DNA from: Hypanus sabinus
Lineage: Eukaryota
Reading direction: 5' to 3'
Assembly (NCBI RefSeq): GCF_030144855.1
Contig: NC_082727.1
Location: forward strand, 41,912,001 to 41,976,000
DNA: 64,000 nucleotides
Below the pieces are notes generated by a model. That model saw only the letters and a program-made list of their open reading frames with translations. It ran no database searches and was not told the origin of the DNA. Of the stretch, positions 58,611 through 64,000 are shown in pieces. The translations under genes were made by a program, and so were the position numbers. How positions within the stretch are numbered: the first letter of the stretch is position 1; each line of letters starts with the position of its first letter.

Positions 58611-60299
58611 AGAGGCTTAAAAGAGCAAAAATGGCTGACAACTCAAGCATTCTGTCAGGGTTATCAGTGAACTCAAGTTCAGGAATCACAGAGACTTCAG
58701 CAATTCAAACAAAACAATGATTGTAAAAATTTTGTAAAAATTATCCACAGAACTAACAAGAAATCAGGCAAAACGTACAGAACCTTGATGAATTGGAATC
58801 ACTCACGATGGACAGAAGAACTCGGTCAGAGTTTCATCAGGCAGGAATCCACAATGACCGAACAAAGAGGGCTTGGCTTGCTGCCCTGAAATACACACTC
58901 GGTCATGTAGGAATTCAAGACCAATAAGACAGCCCTGGTGTCTAGACGAAGCAATAACCCCCAAAGACAACAACTACAATGCAAGACATTGAAAATCCCC
59001 ATGCTAATTAATTACCCCACATTGAATAGCAGTTATAAATACAAAACAAACCCCATGATACCAAATGAGACACCTGCAACACAAGAAGATAAATAATTAG
59101 ACATAAAAGATAAACAAACGAAGGAACATTGCATACCAATAAGGTTACACCAAGAAAATACAATCCACATGCTAACTGAAAAAAATAATTATTTCAAAAG
59201 ATGAACCCTGGTTGTGACATGGTCCGAGTAGCCATCGAGCCATCAGGGTTCCATGCCCTTTTCCTCTTTGTCCTGACCCATGAAAAACATTCTCTTTTTT
59301 TTCTTTATTATCCATGGTCTTGCTGTTAGGCTCTGTTATGAATTAGGCCTTTAATTAGGCCATTCTGCCCAAACTAAACAGCCTTTCCCATTCTGACAAA
59401 GAGTCCTCAAAGGCTCACTGGTAATTTTAAACTGTTTTTATTTCTCTCTTACTGCAGATACTGCTTGGCCTGTTGAGTATTTCTAGCATTTTTCTTTATG
59501 TCATATTTCCAGCCACAGCAGTAATTTGTACCTCACCGTCCCAGCATTTTTCTTCTTGTCTCTGCTCTATCTCACTGATCTTCTATTTACACCTCCGGAA
59601 TACAGCTCAGTTGTGCTTTATATACACTCACCCACATCTCTCAGCTGCCACCAACATTCCCCCTAATTTTTTTTAACAGCTGCGTGGACCAACAATTGCT
59701 CTGAGCAGGAAATTTTTACATGACCTGAAGACTGTGTGGCACTTGAATAAAACATTCTACAGTATAAAAGAACATTCCAGCTGAGTAGCAGCAAGGCTAT
59801 GTGCGTGGGAGCATTTCAGTTACTGTGCAGCCATGCACCCTCGCAGGTTAGCGGGAGGAGTGACTGGCACCACCACCATCAGTGTTCTTCAGTATCCCCT
59901 GTTCTCCAGATCCCCTTTGTTCTTTCCATTTGCAGACCCTTCTCTGTACCAATAACCATGTCTGATACCTAATTTTACCCACTTCTGATGGAAAGTCATT
60001 CACCTGCAACAAACGTCAGTGACTCTGTTTCACTTTCCACAGACTTTAGCGAAATTTCTGAGTATTTGTAGATTTTATTTTACTTCCAGAATCTGCAGCA
60101 CTTTGAGATTTACATTCCACCTCACATGATATCTTTTACTATCTTGCACATTGCACAAGTGTTGGCACCTTGGGAAATCCCAGAACAATGATATCAATAC
60201 GGGAAGTGCAGTAATATGGCTCACTTCCATATGCTTTGGAATTGACCTTGGCTTTGTTCCCAAGTTACCACAACTTGAATCATTAGGTTGACTCAGTGT

Positions 60300-60415
60300 A
60301 AGAACATAGAACATAGTACAGCACAGTACAGGCCTTTTGGTGCACAATGTTTGCCGACCCTTAAACCCTGCCTCCCATATATCCCCCACCTTAAATTCCT
60401 CCATATATCTGTTGA
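60300..60415 (-). mobile_element. CR1 3' tail
   Basis: gaacatagaacatagtacagcacagtacaggcc...ccaccttaaattcctccatata is the reverse complement of the tail at 29180-29270. Confidence 0.85.
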
Positions 60416-61294
60416 CTGGCAGAGTTGTGGTAGTCAGAGTTGAGTTGCATGTAGCCTAGTTCTCAAGTGACTGTTGGAGTGTCAGAACACCCAGAGATCA
60501 AAGATCAAATACCCCAGATTGTGTTCTGTTATATTTATTTGAGTTGATTGGAGAGGGCATTTACAGATTCCTTTGAGAGATCTTATGATCTTACACTCCA
60601 TTTCAGTTACCTCAGATGTGATTTGGGGATTTGAGCACCAGTTTTTGGAATCAAGAATTTGCAAATATCTTAGATCTTGGAATAGCGCTTCAATCAGAAA
60701 CGTGCTATAGCCACCTGCACATATTTTTCAAGTATTTCCCCTCAACAGAGAATGAAGCAATTCAGCCCATCAAGTATGTGCTAGCTCTCAGAGCAACTCC
60801 ACCGAGCCCATTCCTTATAACCTGTCCTTCACTTTCCTGCCCATTGTAGTGACTAGTTGAAAAGAAACGAAAAGTCACGAGATTGAGGAAGTATGACATG
60901 CTTCCAACTAACTGAATTCCAAGTAGAAAAGTATGTTTCATCCATTATTAAAAATCAATAATAAAATCATTCAACTCCTCCGTAACTCATGTGAAACAAA
61001 AACGAGCAAAATGAATGTAATTGGATCAAATTAAACCAAAACGAGCAGTCAGCAAAAAATATGCACTCCTTACTCTATGAATATAGGTGACTAAACTCAT
61101 TTATTTCTACTGCCACCCAAACCCACGTGTGAAACCATCTTGACCAATTACCTTAACCCAGAGCAAGGATAAGCAACACAAATACAGTACGATGAATAGA
61201 TACATGGCTCCCACATCCATCAATAACACCCTTCCTCGCTTACCACTCACCGATAAGAAGGGTAATTTATAGTAACAGATCGATCTACTAATCT

Positions 61295-61430
61295 ACACAT
61301 GCTGGAAGAACTCAATGGGTCAGGCAGGATAAGTGAAGGGAAATGGACAGTCGGCAAAGTCAGGAGCCTTCATCCTGATAAATGTCTTTGCCTGACTTGC
61401 TGAGTTCTTCCATTATTTATTTTGTCGCTG
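61295..61430. mobile_element. Second inverted pair of Penelope-like termini
   Basis: tggaagaactcaatgggtcaggca (61303-61326) versus tgcctgacttgctgagttcttcca (61389-61412). Confidence 0.7.
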
Positions 61431-62104
61431 CACATCCTGTCATCTGCTTTCTCTTGTGTCTCCAAGCTACCAATCAAAATGACTTTAGGAAGGATCTACA
61501 TGACCAGAGAGAGAGAGCATCTAGACTCTACACAGACAGCGCCAGAAATCAAGGTCAAACCCAGGTCGCAGGAGTTGTGAGGGCACTAAGTTTCCTGCTG
61601 CCCCAGTGTGCTGCCCTTAATATGTTTCAGTGGTCATGGGAAGTTGTGGGTGGCAGTAGTGTGGGCTCATACTGCTTCCCAGCTTCAGACTGGAAATGAA
61701 GCAGGAAACTCTTATGCAACCTCAGATTACCAGGTGGGATCTGATGTCAAACTGCCTGATCAATCTGATTAAACTGTGATTAACTCAACCTATAGTTCAA
61801 GGATTTCTAGGGACTTTGATTGTAAGGGGTGTTAAAACAATTATTGCAAATTTATATGTGCCTGGAGACTGGATCAATAACATTCTTTAGTTTAAACCTT
61901 GTGGCTGAGGTACAAAGTTACTGGGCCATAAATAATATTGGTTGCTTTTTGGCCTTGATCCCATTACCTGATGCATGAAACAACACTATCATTTTCCTGC
62001 AGGCCAGATTGCATTGCCTGCAACCAATGCTGCTCTAAAGCTTGAAAACAAGCTGGAGAGACTAACTTACAGGTATGGTTTGCTGAAATGGAACTATCTC
62101 AGAT

Positions 62105-62685
62105 TAGTACACACAAAACGCTGGATGGATTCAGCAGGTCAGGCAGCATCTACGGAGGAGAATAAACAGTGATGTTTCAGGAAGAGTCCCTTCATCAGGA
62201 CTGGAAAGGAAGGGGAAAGAAGTCAGAAAAAGAAGGTGGAGGCAGGGGTAGGAGTACCAGCTAGAAGATAATAGGTGTCGCCAGATGGGTGGGAAAGGAC
62301 GATGAAGTAATGTGGTGAACTCTGTGCCTGTCTGGACACGCCCCCTGCTGGCTGCTCCTGTAGCTCCTCCCACAGGCCCCTGTATAAAGGGGATCTGAGG
62401 CCTGACGCTCGGCCTCAGTCTCCAGGACATAGTATGATGGACACTCACTCCTGGTTCCTTCTTCCAGTCAATAAAAGCCGATATCTCGCCTTATGTTTCA
62501 GTGTGAGTTATTGATGGTGCATCAAGCAAAAAGCTAAGAAATGACAGGTGGAAAAGGTAAAGGGCTGGAGAAGAAGGAATGTGATAGGAGGGGAGAGTAG
62601 GCCATGGGTGAAAGGGAAGGAGGAGAGCAACATGGGTAGGTGATAGGCAGGTAAGGAGAATGGGTAAGAGACCAGAGTGGAGAAA
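62105..62685 (-). mobile_element. Penelope-like terminus and 3' region (hammerhead motif at 62167-62203), split by a solo LTR
   Basis: Minus strand reads CAGTC-CTGATGA-AGGG-ACTCT-TCCT-GAAA-CA-TC-ACTG. The purine-rich region is continuous on both sides of 62311-62524. Confidence 0.8.
62311..62524 (+). mobile_element. Solo LTR, 214 bp
   Basis: TG...CA termini (tgtggtg...ggtgcatca), 5-bp TSD agtaa/agcaa (one mismatch), TATAAA at 62383 and AATAAA at 62470. Confidence 0.8.
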
Positions 62686-64000
62686 TACAAATACAAATAC
62701 TTTATTGTCACCAAACAATTGATACTAGAGCATACAATCATCACAGTGATATTTGTTTCTGCGCTTCGTGCTCCCTGAAGTACAATCGAAGTAAATATAA
62801 TAAAAATTTAAATTATAAGTCATAATTAGAAAATAGAAAAGGGAAAATAAGGTAGTGCAAGTCAGGTCTGGATATTTGGAAGGTACGGCCCAGATCCGGG
62901 TCAGGATCTGTTCAGCAGTCTTACCACAGTTGGAAAGAAGCTGGTCCCAAATCTGGTGGTATGAATCTTCATGCTCCTGAACCTTCTCCCGGAGGGAAGT
63001 GGGACAAAAAGTGTGCTGGCTGGGTGGGACTTATCCTTGATTATCCTGGCAGCACTGCTCCGACAGTGTGTGGTGTAAAGTGAGTCCAAGGATAGAAGAT
63101 TGGTTTATGTGATGTGCTGAGCTAGGTTCATGATCTTCTGCAGCTTCTTCCAGTCTTGGACAGGACAACTTCCATACCAGGTTGTGTGCACCCTAGAAGA
63201 ATGCTTTCTACGGTGCACCTATAAAAATTAGTGAGGGTTTTAGGGGACAGGCCAAATTTCTTCAGCTTTCTCAGGAAGTAAAGGCGCTGGTGGGCCTTCT
63301 TGGCAGTGGACTCTGCTTGATTAGACCAAGTCAGGTCATTTGTGATATTCACCCTGAGGAACCTAAAGCTTTTGACCTGTTCCACCTGCGCACCACCGAT
63401 GTAGATGGGGTTGTGCGGTCCGCTACTCCTTCTGATCACAACAACCAGTTTCTTTGTCTTGCTGACGTTGAGGGATAGGTTATTGTCTTCACACCATGCC
63501 ACCAGGTTCTTAATTTCCTCTCTGTACTTAGACTCATTATTACCCAAGATGCGGCCTACAATTGTGCTGTCATCAGCAAACTTATATATTGAGTTTGATG
63601 GAAACTTGGCTACACAATCATTGGTATACAGTGAGTACAGCAGGGGGCTGAGTACACAGCCTTGTGGGGCACTGGTGCTCAGTGTGATTGTAGAGGAGAG
63701 CTTGTCCCCGATCTTTACAGCCTGGGTCCTGTCTGTGAGGAAGTTGAAGATCCAGCTGCAGATCTGAGTGCTAAGACCCAGGTTCCGGAGCTTAGGAATC
63801 AGTTTATTTGGAATTATTGTATTAAAGGCAGAGCTGTAGTCGATGAAAAGGAGCCTTACATATGCATCTTTATTCTCCAGCTATTCTAAGGAGGAATATA
63901 GTGCCGGAGAGATGGCATCTGCCATTGACCTGTTGCTCCAGTAGGCGAATTGCAAAGCGTCGAGGTTGACCGATAGGCTATGGTTGATGTGTGCCATAAC
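62686..64000 (-). mobile_element. Rex1/Babar-like LINE RT to 3' end (runs off the window)
   Basis: ORF 63128-63547 [17 protein letters not shown]...[35 protein letters not shown]; [10 protein letters not shown]; (tacaaa)3 tail at 62686. Confidence 0.92.

Noticed and set aside
58620-59200. A-rich + strand stretch resembling an L1 or R4 coding remnant
   Set aside because: No ORF of 60 aa or more and no diagnostic motif; it cannot be assigned.
56835-64000. TdT exon 7 (FLYYED...TGGFRR)
   Set aside because: Not found in any frame by eye; it presumably lies beyond the window.

Overview
Eukaryotic (vertebrate) genomic DNA, most likely from a cartilaginous fish, probably a ray or skate; this is inferred from the protein sequence and the repeat families. 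The only host gene I can support is terminal deoxynucleotidyl transferase (DNTT/TdT) on the + strand. Five coding exons lie in the window: 3984-4158, 24129-24245, 52982-53152, 54329-54400 and 56711-56834, equivalent to exons 2-6 of mammalian DNTT. All have AG/GT splice sites and join in one reading frame. Exon 1 and exons 7 onward were not found and presumably lie outside the window. The introns are very large (intron 2 about 20.0 kb, intron 3 about 28.7 kb) and filled with decayed, often nested mobile elements: CR1, Rex1/Babar-like, RTE and R4/Dong-like LINEs, Penelope-like elements, two Gypsy LTR elements, a solo LTR, V-SINE pieces and a CACTG-ended DNA transposon. Almost every ORF in the supplied track is a transposon remnant or a repeat artefact. 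The most interesting non-gene structures are: (i) a ~2.4 kb G-rich 25-bp minisatellite that expanded inside a Gypsy LTR and reads G-rich in the TdT pre-mRNA; (ii) a dispersed set of minimal hammerhead-ribozyme motifs at Penelope termini, with the best-preserved copies all antisense to TdT and two cases arranged as inverted pairs; (iii) a 2.77 kb non-autonomous CACTG transposon with subterminal repeats and a core-deleted transposase; (iv) a sense-oriented solo LTR with TATA box, hairpin and polyA signal in intron 6; (v) a candidate stop-containing micro-exon just after exon 6. I see no evidence of a novel protein-coding system. Transposon boundaries were judged by eye and are approximate unless termini are quoted.
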